DNA from: Fistulifera solaris
Lineage: Eukaryota
Direction of reading: 5' to 3'
Length of the DNA: 64,000 nucleotides
Assembly: GCA_030295235.1 (NCBI GenBank)
Contig: AP026162.1
Coordinates: forward strand, 186,001-250,000
The notes under the pieces are model-generated. The model did no database searches. It was not told the origin of the DNA and saw only the letters and a list, made by a program, of their open reading frames with translations. Of this stretch, positions 1 to 11,081 are shown one piece after another. Each line of letters begins with the position of its first letter. Positions within the stretch are counted from its first letter, which is position 1. A program made the position numbers and the translations under genes.

Positions 1-270
1 ATAGCGAAGTAATAATCAGCGCATCTCGTCGTTGCTGGTAAAACGGGTTGCAGTTTTTGCGTTGCGACGTAAGTAAAAGCAGCACGGTCGTCTTGCCGTC
101 GGCCAGAGCAATTCACAAGAGCTATGGTTATCTGTTATCTCCAACATAATTATTCATGATATTCATTAATATTCTATGCCTTGCTCCTACATTTTTGTAA
201 GCAACTTGTTATCTATCACTATCAATATGAAGATAAAAGATTGTTTTGTTTACTATTCATTCATTCTTGT

Positions 271-1548
271 TTAGTAAAGACCATCGTCTTTCATCCATTG
301 GGCCGCCTGCTTGGCGTAGTAAGTCAAAATAATATCGGCACCCGCCCGCTTGAAGCACATAAGTGTCTCCAAAACAACATCTTTTTCGTTGAGCCATCCC
401 TTTTCGCAGGCTGCCTTAATCATGGCGTATTCTCCCGACACATGGTATGCGGCAATGGGCAATGGCGAATAGTCCTTCAATCGTCGAATGACATCCAAAT
501 ACGGCATACCCGGCTTGACCATGAGCATGTCAGCCCCTTCCGCGGCATCCAAGGCTGCTTCAATGAGTGCTTCTCGTCCATTGGCGGGATCTTGTTGGTA
601 CGTCTTTTTGTCTCCAAATCCCGGATGACTGTCCAAGGCGTCACGGAAGGGTCCGTAGTACGCCGAAGCATATTTCGCCGTGTAAGAAAGAATCGAAACA
701 TCCGTAAAGCCCTCAGCATCCAGCGCATCTCGGATGGCCTTGACACGGCCGTCCATCATATCCGAAGGAGCGACGACGTCCGCTCCAGCCCGGGCTTGAC
801 AAACGGCCTGTTTACAAAGCTGGTGAATGGTGACATCGTTCAAAATCTTTCCGTCCTCAACAACACCATCGTGTCCTTGATCCGAGTACGGATCCAGAGC
901 GACATCCGTGCACACAATCGTATCCGGATAGGCCGCTTTGATCATGCGAATGGCCCGAGGCACAATGCCTTCCGGATTGTACGCTTCCACTCCCATATTC
1001 GTTTTGAGTTCGTCCGGAACTTTGGGGAACAAGACAAAGGTTTTGACTCCCAACGCGTACGATTCTCCGACTTCTCGCAACATACTATCGAGGGAGTGAC
1101 GCTCACAACCGGGCATACTGGGGATGGGTTGGTTGAAATCTTCGTCATGAATGAAAAGAGGGTAAATGAAATTGGAAGGAGTGACAATGTTTTCCCGGAC
1201 CATGCCTCGCATCGCGGGAGATTTACGGTTGCGGCGGGGTCGTGCGCGCTGTCGAGAGTTTTGTGAAGGAGAGAATTTGTGAGAAAGACAAGAAAACGAG
1301 TAATTTATCGGAACATTCTTTGTGCGTACCTGAGGAAGCCAAACTTCATTTTTGTTGTTGCGCTGAAGGGCAGCGTTTTCTCCTGCAGTAGGATCGAATG
1401 CATTGGTTTCCTTGGGAAGACTAGTCATAGACTTGTCGACTGGGTCGACGCTCGGCGCCGTCTTGGCCGCATTCGGAGCGACCGCTGAAAATGCATCTGT
1501 CGTGGTCAAAGACAAGCAGTAAAAAGCTGTTGCTAAGTAAAACTTCAT
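271..1548 (-). CDS. hemB: Delta-aminolevulinic acid dehydratase (porphobilinogen synthase), plastid-targeted; one in-frame intron 1249..1329
   Basis: Motifs DVALDPYSDQGHDG, APSDMMDGR, YYGPFRDA, MVKPG and AYHVSGEYAM. Signal peptide followed by DAFSA (ASAFAP-like). An 81-bp GT..AG intron interrupts PQ|RARPRR. Confidence 0.96.
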   Translation of the reverse strand: MKFYLATAFYCLSLTTTDAFSAVAPNAAKTAPSVDPVDKSMTSLPKETNAFDPTAGENAALQRNNKNEVWLPQVRTKNVPINYSFSCLSHKFSPSQNSRQRARPRRNRKSPAMRGMVRENIVTPSNFIYPLFIHDEDFNQPIPSMPGCERHSLDSMLREVGESYALGVKTFVLFPKVPDELKTNMGVEAYNPEGIVPRAIRMIKAAYPDTIVCTDVALDPYSDQGHDGVVEDGKILNDVTIHQLCKQAVCQARAGADVVAPSDMMDGRVKAIRDALDAEGFTDVSILSYTAKYASAYYGPFRDALDSHPGFGDKKTYQQDPANGREALIEAALDAAEGADMLMVKPGMPYLDVIRRLKDYSPLPIAAYHVSGEYAMIKAACEKGWLNEKDVVLETLMCFKRAGADIILTYYAKQAAQWMKDDGLY

Positions 1549-1908
1549 TGTGTGTCGACTGCTGTTTGAAAAGAGTAAATTTGTCGGTAAGAAAGTGAAT
1601 GATTCGACGCAGATACTTCGTTTCAATCAACAACAACAACAAGGATTGCGTGTCGTCAGTGGGTCGATCTCTTTTTGTTGCTGATCGGATGTTTTTGCTC
1701 CTTCCTCCCTCCAAACGTCAAGTTCAACTTCCGGGTTAGTGAAATGTCGCATTACGTCGTTCTCGTGAATAAAAAGACATCGCTGCTGTCACGGGAACGG
1801 AAAATGACTTTTTCCGGAACGAACGCGATGTTGTAGCTTTGCATTCAGTCCAACATATCCCTTCGACTGCTTGTTCATTATTTATTTCTTTTTCTTTGAG
1901 CTACACCA

Positions 1909-2510
1909 TGTTAAGAAGACACCATACGCCTACGCAGCCGACTTCCACGTCCTCCCGGACGGCCAAATCACGCATTACGGCACGCACCCGTCGACCGGGT
2001 CGCCCTTCTTCACCCTGGATATGGAGTTTGTTGGCACTCGCCGCGATCATTTTCATTATCACCTACATGTTTCCCGAAAAAATGCAACAAGTGGAATACA
2101 GTGCAATGGAAGAAGTCGTACAAGTCGAGCAAGATCTGGTGAAATGGTGGAGTCAACCCGTACAGAAACCACCCATTCCGCAAGACGAACACCCTCATTT
2201 TGTCGGCTTGAAGGATCCGAACGAGCGGATGAAACAACAATCATCTTCTTCGTCATATAGTTGGGTAGAAGGTGAAAAGAAATTGAAACAAAAATTAAAA
2301 GTTTTGTACGATCGTCAGCAACAGGGACTCGACTTGGGTGTACCGGTCCTGACGCGATATTTGGGAGAAGACATTCCTGCGTGGCCCGAGAAAGGTAAAG
2401 AAGACGAATGGCAAAAACAAGTGGATGCAAAGTACGAACAAATGCGGCGCGAAGAAGAGGAATGGAAAGCTAGAATCACGGCTCTGTTGAAAAGCGAAAA
2501 GCGGGGATAA
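1909..2510 (+). CDS. Hypothetical single-pass (type II) membrane protein with C-terminal coiled coil
   Basis: Open frame from the ATG at 1909. Basic N-terminus, one hydrophobic segment (WIWSLLALAAIIFIITYMF) and a charged helical C-terminus. No family recognised. Confidence 0.7.
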
Positions 2511-2769
2511 AATGCGAAAGCATCCTTTTGTGTGTCGAAACTTGGTATTATTTGTATTCACCGTGGAAGTATGACTAATTGATTCGATAAACTGAAATTT
2601 CATGTGCTAATTGGAAACATAAGACTAGTCTAATTGACATGATTATCAAAGGCATTCTTTACTATAGGCAAAAGTGTAGACGACGTTTTTCCCGACTGAC
2701 ACTCAATCACGCTGCAGCAAAAGATATTATGGCTTATGGCTGTCATCAAAGTCCACAGATATCCTGTAT

Positions 2770-3390
2770 TGTCTACCAAAAACATCGTGTCTGAAACACA
2801 AAATATCTGTGTAATTTACACAGAAACACCGTGTCCAGTTTCACAGGAACGTTCACAGATTCTCTGCATGATTGAAACACCTTGCCCAGAATTTCTGGAA
2901 TTTTCAAATTCTTTTTGTGTTATAACGAACAACGAATTCAGAATTTCTGGCACATTGACAAAATATCTGTTGGACCGAATACACCGAGGAGTCCAGAACT
3001 TTTGGAACGTCCACAGAAGTTGTTTACGAACAATAACACCGTTTCCAGAATTTCTGGAAAACATAAAAATTTCTCCAGTGACAAAGACACCTTATGCAGA
3101 ATTTCTGGAAATCGTGCACCCAGTTTCCAGAATTTATGGAAATCGCATACACATTATCCAGATTTCCTGGAATGTTGACAGAAACGATGTAAGTTCAAAA
3201 GACCCTTTCCAGATTTATTAATCTTACTTGCATACCTGGTAGAGTGTCTGTTAAGGACGTATAAAATTTATACGTCCTTAATGTCGGTAACTTTAACCTG
3301 ACGACCGGAAAACTCGTGTCCAGATTTTCTGGAATATCAACAGAATTTCTGTAAGACCAAGAGTTTTTTCCAGATTTTCTGGAATGTAGA
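2770..3390. repeat. Degenerate ~53-bp satellite with CCAGAATTTCTGGAA cores
   Basis: Palindromic cores near 2887, 2939, 2992, 3045 and 3097 (52-53 bp spacing), with further copies near 3127, 3158, 3320 and 3369. Same core as the array at 53760-54800. Confidence 0.8.
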
Positions 3391-3565
3391 TACAACGTAA
3401 TAAACGTGAATGGTTGAATAAATAAATCGTGACTTCGGCGCAATGCGATGAATAAAGCGACCATGATAACAACGAAGACACATCAATTCAAACCAATGCG
3501 CAACGCTGAACACTTCATAACAACAACAAGCAATTCAGCTTCTTCAGTGCAGTGAAAAAAGAATC

Positions 3566-5039
3566 ATGGGCCGCTACGATGCTTTGCTCGCGTTGTTTCC
3601 GCTACTACCTCCGATTGTTTTGTTGTTTCAATTAATGGAGCATCCGTCCGACACCTTACAACGGTGGTATACGCATTTCTGGATGTCACAAGACGCAAGT
3701 GGAAGCGCAAACACAGTCGAAGAAACTCCTACCGTTGCAACACAGCTACTGGCGTACATTCTCATTGCAATTGTCGGCTATTTACTGACTACGCTTATGG
3801 TTCCGTCGATTCAAGTGTATACATTACGGAAAGGAATCTGCGGTAAAGATTTGGGAAAACGAGGCACATTACAAGGGGAACAACCGATGTAAGTAACATG
3901 GCGTCTTTGATATCATTCTTACTGAATGTTGCACCCAAGTTCTGATGCCTTCCGCTGCAAATCGTTTTTCTTACGTTCTTTCAAGACCCGAAGCATTGGG
4001 GATTGTCCCTGGCGCGGTCTTTTTGGTCTGTTTGCTCTTTTGCTTGGTCGGCTTTGCGGCTACCTACCCCAGTCGAATGTTGGATGTGAATGCGGCATTA
4101 TTGTCAATATGCTTCATGCTGTTTTTAGGGTTCACTGATGACGTACTCGACTGGCCGTGGCGATACAAACTGGTTCTCCCCAGTGTCGCGTCCTTGCCTT
4201 TGTTGTGTTCTTACAAAGGCAGCACGTCGGTAGTCGTGCCGCTACAGTTGCGTTCTTTACTCTGGAAAGATGGACACATGACTGCGTTCGGAGATTTCTT
4301 GGGACGTTTTGTGGTGGTTGATGCGCAAGCAACGGGAGCTTTAATCAATTTGGGATACTTCTATCTCCTGTACATGGGATTGTTAGCCGTCTTTTGCACC
4401 AACGCCATAAACATATTCGCTGGAATCAACGGTCTGGAAGCTGGGCAATCGTACGTCATTGCCTGTGCGGTCCTGTTACATAATCTCATGGAAATACAGC
4501 GAGACGGTCCTGCCGACAACCACTTGTTCTCTGTCATGCTCATGTTGTGCTTCATTGGTGTGACGCTTGGTTTATTGCGGCATAATTGGTATCCCGCCAC
4601 CGTATTTGTGGGAGACACGTTTTGCTACTTTGCCGGAATGACATTTGCCGTGGTGGGAATCCTGGGACATTTCAGTAAAACGTTGTTGCTTCTATTCATC
4701 CCTCAAGTAATCAATTTTCTCTGGTCCACACCGCAACTGTTCAAGCTTGTCCCTTGTCCAAGGCATAGATTGCCCCGCTACGATCCCTCAAAACAGCTCA
4801 TGTACCCAAGTACATTTCCTTGTGAATCATATCAATACACATGGCTCAAAGCTTTGCAGGGAATACCGAGGAATGCCAAAGAGTTGCCCAATATGACCGT
4901 TCTCAATTTGTGTCTGCAAGTATGCGGTCCTCTGTCGGAAGTGCAATTGTGTCGACTGCTACTGTTAATACAATGCCTTTGTTGTGGATTTGGGTTTCTT
5001 TGTCGCTATTGCTTGGCGAAATACATTTTTGATGAATGA
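3566..5039 (+). CDS. DPAGT1: UDP-GlcNAc:dolichyl-phosphate GlcNAc-1-phosphotransferase; intron 3889..3985
   Basis: Motifs GKDLGK, IPEALG (restored by splicing), [41 protein letters not shown] and CPRHRLP. Confidence 0.95.
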
Positions 5040-5220
5040 TAGAGTAATGAAACGAATGTAATGAAAACGTAACAACTTTTCTAGAAGATATCGATTGCAT
5101 CGGAGTTGAAACCCATAGACAGATTTTTGTCGTTGATCGTCCCTTTTCACGCTTTGAGCGTGCGCTGTTTGCGAAGATTAGTGATTATGCGGGCGAAAAT
5201 AATGAAATACAATTCTGCTC

Positions 5221-5514
5221 TCATGACGAAGAAGATGCTTCCGATGAAGCCCCGTTCATGGGAGCCGGTGCAGCCGTTGATCCAACCGGAACTTGCATAG
5301 CTACGGCTTGACCCCCTTCATACTCCTTGACAAGCCATGCGTACGTGTCTGTTTCAATTGTAATTAAAGGAGGCGCTAAAGACGACGTATTTCCTTCGAG
5401 TTGAGACGCAAGGCGTGTCAAATTGGTGAACACGCCCGTGTCGGAGGTTGTTTGGCCGCTTAGGCACAAGCCATTGGGGTCATTACAGATGATTTTACGA
5501 CGATCGCTGCTCAT
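5221..5514 (-). CDS. LAMTOR5: Ragulator subunit LAMTOR5 (HBXIP)-like roadblock protein
   Basis: IICNDPNGLCL / GVFTNLTRLASQL / PLITIETD...VKEYEG...VAM align by eye with the LAMTOR5 pattern VLCTDSQGLNL / GVISVLAQQAAKL / PVVCLESD...IQKHDG.TVAV. The 97-aa size fits. Confidence 0.7.
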   Translation of the reverse strand: MSSDRRKIICNDPNGLCLSGQTTSDTGVFTNLTRLASQLEGNTSSLAPPLITIETDTYAWLVKEYEGGQAVAMQVPVGSTAAPAPMNGASSEASSSS

Positions 5515-5647
5515 GTGAATTAGAAATGAATATTAAAGCCGGTTGCCTCAAGTAATAACAACGTTTATGATTATTTATGATGTCCTTGCACTTTTGATGC
5601 TTTGCACCTAAGCACATCGCACCGCGCAGTTCTTGCATACTGGTAGT

Positions 5648-5925
5648 GTTTGAATGTCTGCCTACGTGCATTTCACGTAGGCCCCGTAGGGAAATTTATC
5701 GACAAAGGGGGCACCCGGATGTTACTCAATTTTGATCACATCATTTTTCGAGTATCATTGACCGCCATGCTATCGAAGCTTTCACCAACATAGCTAAATC
5801 GCACTAAGAAACGATGTTCACAATTCATTCGAAATCATAACACAAAAAAGAGCAAAGACACAACGCTTGAAGGGCTACGTGAAATTCACGTAGGCTCAGT
5901 AGGCATTTTATCGATGTCGATGGTA
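5648..5925 (-). repeat. Two copies of a dispersed hairpin repeat (CCTACGTG-AAAT(G/T)-CACGTAGG plus TCGATAAATTTCCCTACG block)
   Basis: 5671-5720 is the near-exact reverse complement of 21289-21338. A second copy lies at about 5875-5920. Related copies are near 20215-20260, 21070-21120 and 23535-23581. Confidence 0.8.
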
Positions 5926-6590
5926 GAGTACACTTACATTATTTATACTACGTAGAAATTATGAAAACAAACGATATAGATCGATTATTGACACTCATCG
6001 TAAAGGCGTGCAATGCAGAAACTGGTCAACGTAGAACCACTGTGATAACAGACATATTTTGCTTCCTTCTAGGTCTAGTGAAATGAACTTGTATCTAGCA
6101 CGGAGAGATAGCAGTCTCGTAAAATGTTGGTTCGTGACTAAAATTCAATCTTGGTTAGTTGGGAGTACATTATACGGAGTATTTCGAACTATAGTAGATA
6201 CGGTAGCCTGTAGCCAGCGAGATGAAGTGAGTTATTTCGACGGTAAATAAACAAGACGTGCATTTCTGAAACTGTTCAACGTAAATTCTATGACTGTTGA
6301 CATAAAGCTGGTCACGCTATGCAATATAACTTAGCACATTTATTGCATTAAATGCAATGCATCAGAATGTTTTCGGGACTGGAAGTTTGTTGAAAGGCTG
6401 GAGTGAGTCGGGATGCCTAAGCTCTAAATCACCTTTTCTGATACATCACATTTTCGTGTGATAGCAATGGCTCGCCAGTCCGAAAGTACAAGTTAGAGTC
6501 ACAGTTTTCAATATCAATCAAGAAGGATTCTGGTTATCAGGTTATTAGTTTCGCTAAGATCAAACATTTGGTCGGGCGATGAGCATTGCA

Positions 6591-7890
6591 TCACCGACGA
6601 TATCCAAGAGAAGCAGCCGATGCCGGAGCTTGTACGTCCTCGTTGGTTACCCAAGGGTGCTCGAGTACTTCCGCAAGTGTCAATCTCTTTTCGGGTCTTC
6701 TTGCAACATGGCTTGAAGCAGATGACCGACTTCATCCGATAGATATATGTCCCAATTTCGCAACTGTTCCACCAATTTTCCGGTCACAATCAGTTCGTAG
6801 CGCTTATCGGCGCGGCTGGCTTGATCATACGGTGGAAACCCAGTCAGCATAATGTACAAAACGACTCCAGCCGCCCACAAATCAATAGCAAATCCATCAA
6901 AGTCTTCTGCATTCGCAAATACCTCGGGTGACATGTAATTGTGCTTCCCGCATACACCCTGAGGCTTAATTAAGCGTCGGATGACACCTTTGTGAACATC
7001 AGTTACGGCACCGGCTCCGTCGTCGTACGGAACTCGTAAACACATTCCCATGTCGATGATCATGCATACATCTCCATTCACCAGAACATTTTCTAGTGAC
7101 AAATCACGATGGCATATTCCTTCGGATTGTAAGTGATGCAGACCCTGCATTTATGAACAATAAAAAGAAGAGTGTCAGTTATGAAAGAACTTCATGATGC
7201 ATTTAAATACAGCGTCGCTTACCCATAATATCTGTCGAAACCAATATCGTGCGACTGGTTCAGCCATTCCTATTTCGCCTCCGTTCTCTTCCGCGTGCTC
7301 AACTACAACGCCAAACAAATCTCCGTCACGGCAATAAGGCATGATCGAATAAAGACATTCTCCATCTTGCAAGACTTCCATCGTACCAAGAACATGGGGG
7401 TGCGGCGTGGAACCCAACATTTGCATCGCCGCCACTTCCTTGACTGGATCTTCCAAAGACGACCTCTCATGCGATGCACTCGAGCCCATTCAACCATTTT
7501 TACGGCCACATGACGTCCTTCTGTGATTTCCCAGACGACAGGAGCATTCGGGGAGCCCGGCTGGACTCCGGCAGCACGAGCCGCATCATCCGCGGCAACA
7601 CCAAAATGTCTTCGTAACACCAAACACGCCCATACGGATCCGTAGATTGCATCTTGTAAACGCCGCTGGGGCCAATACGCTAAAGCTTCCGAGGAGCCAT
7701 CCAGATCTTCTCTGTGAATAACGCCACTGCAAACTTGACGAGTGCCTGTTTGGGGATGCACAACGAGAGCATTGACGCGCACTCCGGGACGAACACGCGG
7801 CGGCGGAAAGTCTAAAGGACGCGTTGCTGGACCAGCTTCTAGAACTTCTCGATACTTTTGTCGAGCATGTAGTCCGACTGGCTCATCCAT
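6591..7890 (-). CDS. Serine/threonine protein kinase (CAMK-like); intron 7145..7222; two apparent 1-nt frameshifts (~7455, ~6690)
   Basis: Motifs VAVK, EDPVKE, HRDLSLEN, DMG, YMSPE and DLWAAG. Adding one base in each homopolymer restores RLLEDP and PKKRLTLAEVLEHPW, ending at TGA 6593..6591. Confidence 0.9.
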
Positions 7891-8891
7891 TGCTGTGAGA
7901 ACCGAAGCCAGCGGTGTTTCCTGAATTGAACGCCGAAGAAATATTCGTCGGACGGTTCAAGAAGAAATTACACCACAAATAACCAAGATCAATTAGTAAT
8001 GAAATGAAATCGAATGAATACAATAACGAAGGGGGGAAGCACTACAAAATGTGAATTGTATTCCTTTTTTGGGATGTCGTTGCAGTTTTGCCTGGGTTGC
8101 AACCAAGACGGCACCACAAGATCCAGGAACATGATCGTTGGGGTTTATTTATCACGGAGTGCGGAGGAGCAGCGGAGTGCACACAAATGGAAACCAGTGA
8201 TTGTCGATCTTGTTTCATACAATACTGCTCTTATGCCGTACGACAAACTACTTACTACAAAGAGAGGTTATGCCAATAAGAGCGACAGTAGACCAAATTG
8301 TACTAAACAATTCGACTGGTCTTGGATTGTACAGTCCGGTATCCAACCGATTGTTGGTGTCCGTCTGTCTGTGTAACCGTTCATCATCGAACCACCACCG
8401 GAGAAACTATTACGCGCGTCCAGAAATTATTCCGAAAAAGGCAAATCTCCAGAAGAAAAACTACGCATTGGGCTATTGGGACTCTGTTGGAGCCTTTTTT
8501 CAGGTTGTGTTAGTCCAGTTGGGGTAACCATGGAAGAAATACATCAATCCTTTATCGCTAAGTTTGAATCTATATTCATTTGGAAATGGTACTGGTACGG
8601 TGCCTTTTTGCTTTCGTGGCGCAAGCAACAGCGAAGAAACTAGGCACAACGAGTTAGTTAAGGCATTGTGTAGCGTTTGTAACCGGTTTATGCTCTAGAA
8701 CCTTTAAGTCGCCGTAAGGTCTTCTAGCAACTCAAATGTAGATCGAATTGATTATGAATCATCGTTTTTTATTGATTAGTGCGTGTATCACAAATTGAAC
8801 ATAATATGATAGTGAACAAGGAAACGAACATACAGGTAGCCCGATTCCTAGGGCTTTTATGATGCAGTCAGTGATAAACAGCATTCCCTTA

Positions 8892-9776
8892 TCAGTCACT
8901 CATTTCGGTGTTGGCCAACGGGAGACTCTCATCGGCGCAGTGCGCAGGATGGAGCAAATTGCCTTCACTGTCCGTACAAAACTCGTCTTCTTCTACAACA
9001 TTTGCAATATCGCATCCTTCCCAGATCCATTCAGCGTAATTGCGGTACGCTTGGAGCCGAATGGCGTCGGAATTGTTGTACATTTCGAGCCTTTCTTGTT
9101 CGCTTAGCGTGCGGTGGCTTGGGATTTCGATTACAGTGTCCTTCTCTGGTGCGAACTTAACTTTTCGACATCGAGCGTTGAAATCAAGATTCGATGAGCT
9201 ATTTCCCATCAAGTCAGAGAAACTAAGACCAAAGTTAGCATCGTCGTCTTCCAGAGGGAAAACGTCCATATCAACACTGCACAGTGACATCTCGAGCTCT
9301 TTTTCGTCTTCCGTGCTGGATGGACATGATGCAGCTCTTGTTGATGCTTCTCCATCAATCTTTTCGATAAAAGCGTCCAGGAGCTTTGACAGCGATGTGT
9401 CGTGGTCAAGGCCCATCTTCAGTACGTCAACGGCATCTTCCGCCGCGCGCGGCGAAGTTTGGTCTTGAGAATTGATTTTTATTACCAGATGCTTATCAGA
9501 GCCACGATCATTACTCTTCACTAGCGTATTGGATACATGTTGTAATGCAAAAGTTTGCACGGCGTCTTCATTTGAAGGAGGCCGCGCGGATGACATAACG
9601 TTTACGACGTGAACTGCGCGATTGCGCGCCTCATGTCGATGCCGGAATTGAGGCTTCACGGACAACTTGCGCTTGCTGTTTGCTGTCTTCTTGTTAACAC
9701 AATCTATTGAGCCTAAGAGAGAGGTAAGAGAAATGCTATTACTAACCGAATTGCAGCCTTTCATGGTCGTTCGCAA
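8892..9776 (-). CDS. Hypothetical protein with C-terminal KVKF..EIPSH..EQER..MY motif (start uncertain)
   Basis: 294-aa ORF with low-complexity acidic segments and an RVxF-like KVKF motif. No enzyme family recognised. Confidence 0.6.
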   Translation of the reverse strand: MRTTMKGCNSVSNSISLTSLLGSIDCVNKKTANSKRKLSVKPQFRHRHEARNRAVHVVNVMSSARPPSNEDAVQTFALQHVSNTLVKSNDRGSDKHLVIKINSQDQTSPRAAEDAVDVLKMGLDHDTSLSKLLDAFIEKIDGEASTRAASCPSSTEDEKELEMSLCSVDMDVFPLEDDDANFGLSFSDLMGNSSSNLDFNARCRKVKFAPEKDTVIEIPSHRTLSEQERLEMYNNSDAIRLQAYRNYAEWIWEGCDIANVVEEDEFCTDSEGNLLHPAHCADESLPLANTEMSD

Positions 9777-10517
9777 GTTGAGATTATGTGCCGTGTGCCA
9801 TGCCAGGTGAGCGGAGCGCGACGAGAAGCTATTTTTTGGCGTGCGATGCAGAATGCAGACGGACTTTTCTCACGACCGACGTTTCGCTTCAGCGTTTGAA
9901 ATTGCTCTTCACTGACTGTGAAAAGAGTGTACAGTGATCCAATTGCCAAGAAATCAGCCAATACCGGATGCCAGAGGGCTCCGTAATCATTCAAAGCCGT
10001 TTGAAGTTTCTTCGCTTTTTACAGTACATTTACCGTTTGAAAAAGCCTTTGAACGTACTTATTTATCACAGAACTTTCCTTGGTCCTTCTTGCAGAATAT
10101 TTTGTTGGGCCGGATTCGGTTCCGGAATATTCAATAGTGACGACATTTCTGCGAAGAACAGTCACCATGCTTTGTGCAGAAGATTGTACGCCCAATAGAC
10201 ACGAGACATGTTCCTTCGACATTTTCTTCTTTTAACCGTTAACCATGATGGTATACACTTTACATCAGAGTCTTTATCAAATGACATTGTCCTTAACCCT
10301 ACAGGTGCCAATTTCATGCTAATGCTGACGTCATGCTTGATGTTCGTCCGCAAGCTAACGCGACGGCGAATGACGACTCCTCCTGTCGATCCTCTTGACC
10401 TTTTTGCTTGTTGTTAAACCAAACAGACCATTTTTACAGCAACCGGCTCAAACAGTTCGATTGTCTTGCACCTCTGGGCCATAACTCCAACTTTAGCTGC
10501 AGAAATAGAAGAACTCG

Positions 10518-10986
10518 ATGTACAAATTGTGGTTGCTGCTTACCACAATGTTTTCTTTTCGAGCCGCGCGATCTTTCTCGGTTCTACGACACCATACGTC
10601 GGCTCAGTTGCTACCTGCAAAGGCGTCCTTTCGATTATTCAGTGTTTCTGGTGAAGCTGGTACTAGTATTGTTGATATTTGCCAGAAGAAAATTCAAGAT
10701 GCACTGCAAGCAGATTCGGTCAAGGTAACAGGTCAGTGCTGCGAACTACTTTTTTGTCGCTCTTTTCTGAAAAAATCGCGTTCCTCGCAATGGACTCACA
10801 GTTTATTCATCAGGGGCCTACGATGATCCGAACGGCTCACATATCTCTATAGAGGTTGTGTCGAGCATGTTTGCTGGGAAACGAGCCGTGCAGCGACAGC
10901 AACTCGTCTACAAAGCTATCTGGGAAGAACTGCAAGGGCCGGTACACGCTGTAGATGCCATGGTTTGCAAGACACCCGACGAGTAA
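10518..10986 (+). CDS. BolA-like protein with organellar presequence; intron 10732..10813
   Basis: Spliced product ...[62 protein letters not shown], containing the BolA F.GK..V.RQQLVY and IHA/VHA signatures. The second exon is not in the ORF track. Confidence 0.9.
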
Positions 10987-11081
10987 ACGCTGCGCAAAAT
11001 TTAAAGGGCTCACGTGATAGAATATTGCCTTATCTACTGACTAGATAACAAAGTTACATCTCATGCGATGTAGCCTTAAAT

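Noticed and set aside
181..1266. 361-aa plus-strand ORF, and similar long ORFs at 12095-13403 and 17599-18180
   Set aside because: They are antisense shadows of the conserved ALAD, CHLD and Lhcf genes, with no independent motifs.
7900..8860. Short ORFs 8014-8527 as genes
   Set aside because: They overlap in several frames and show no motifs. More consistent with intergenic or promoter DNA.
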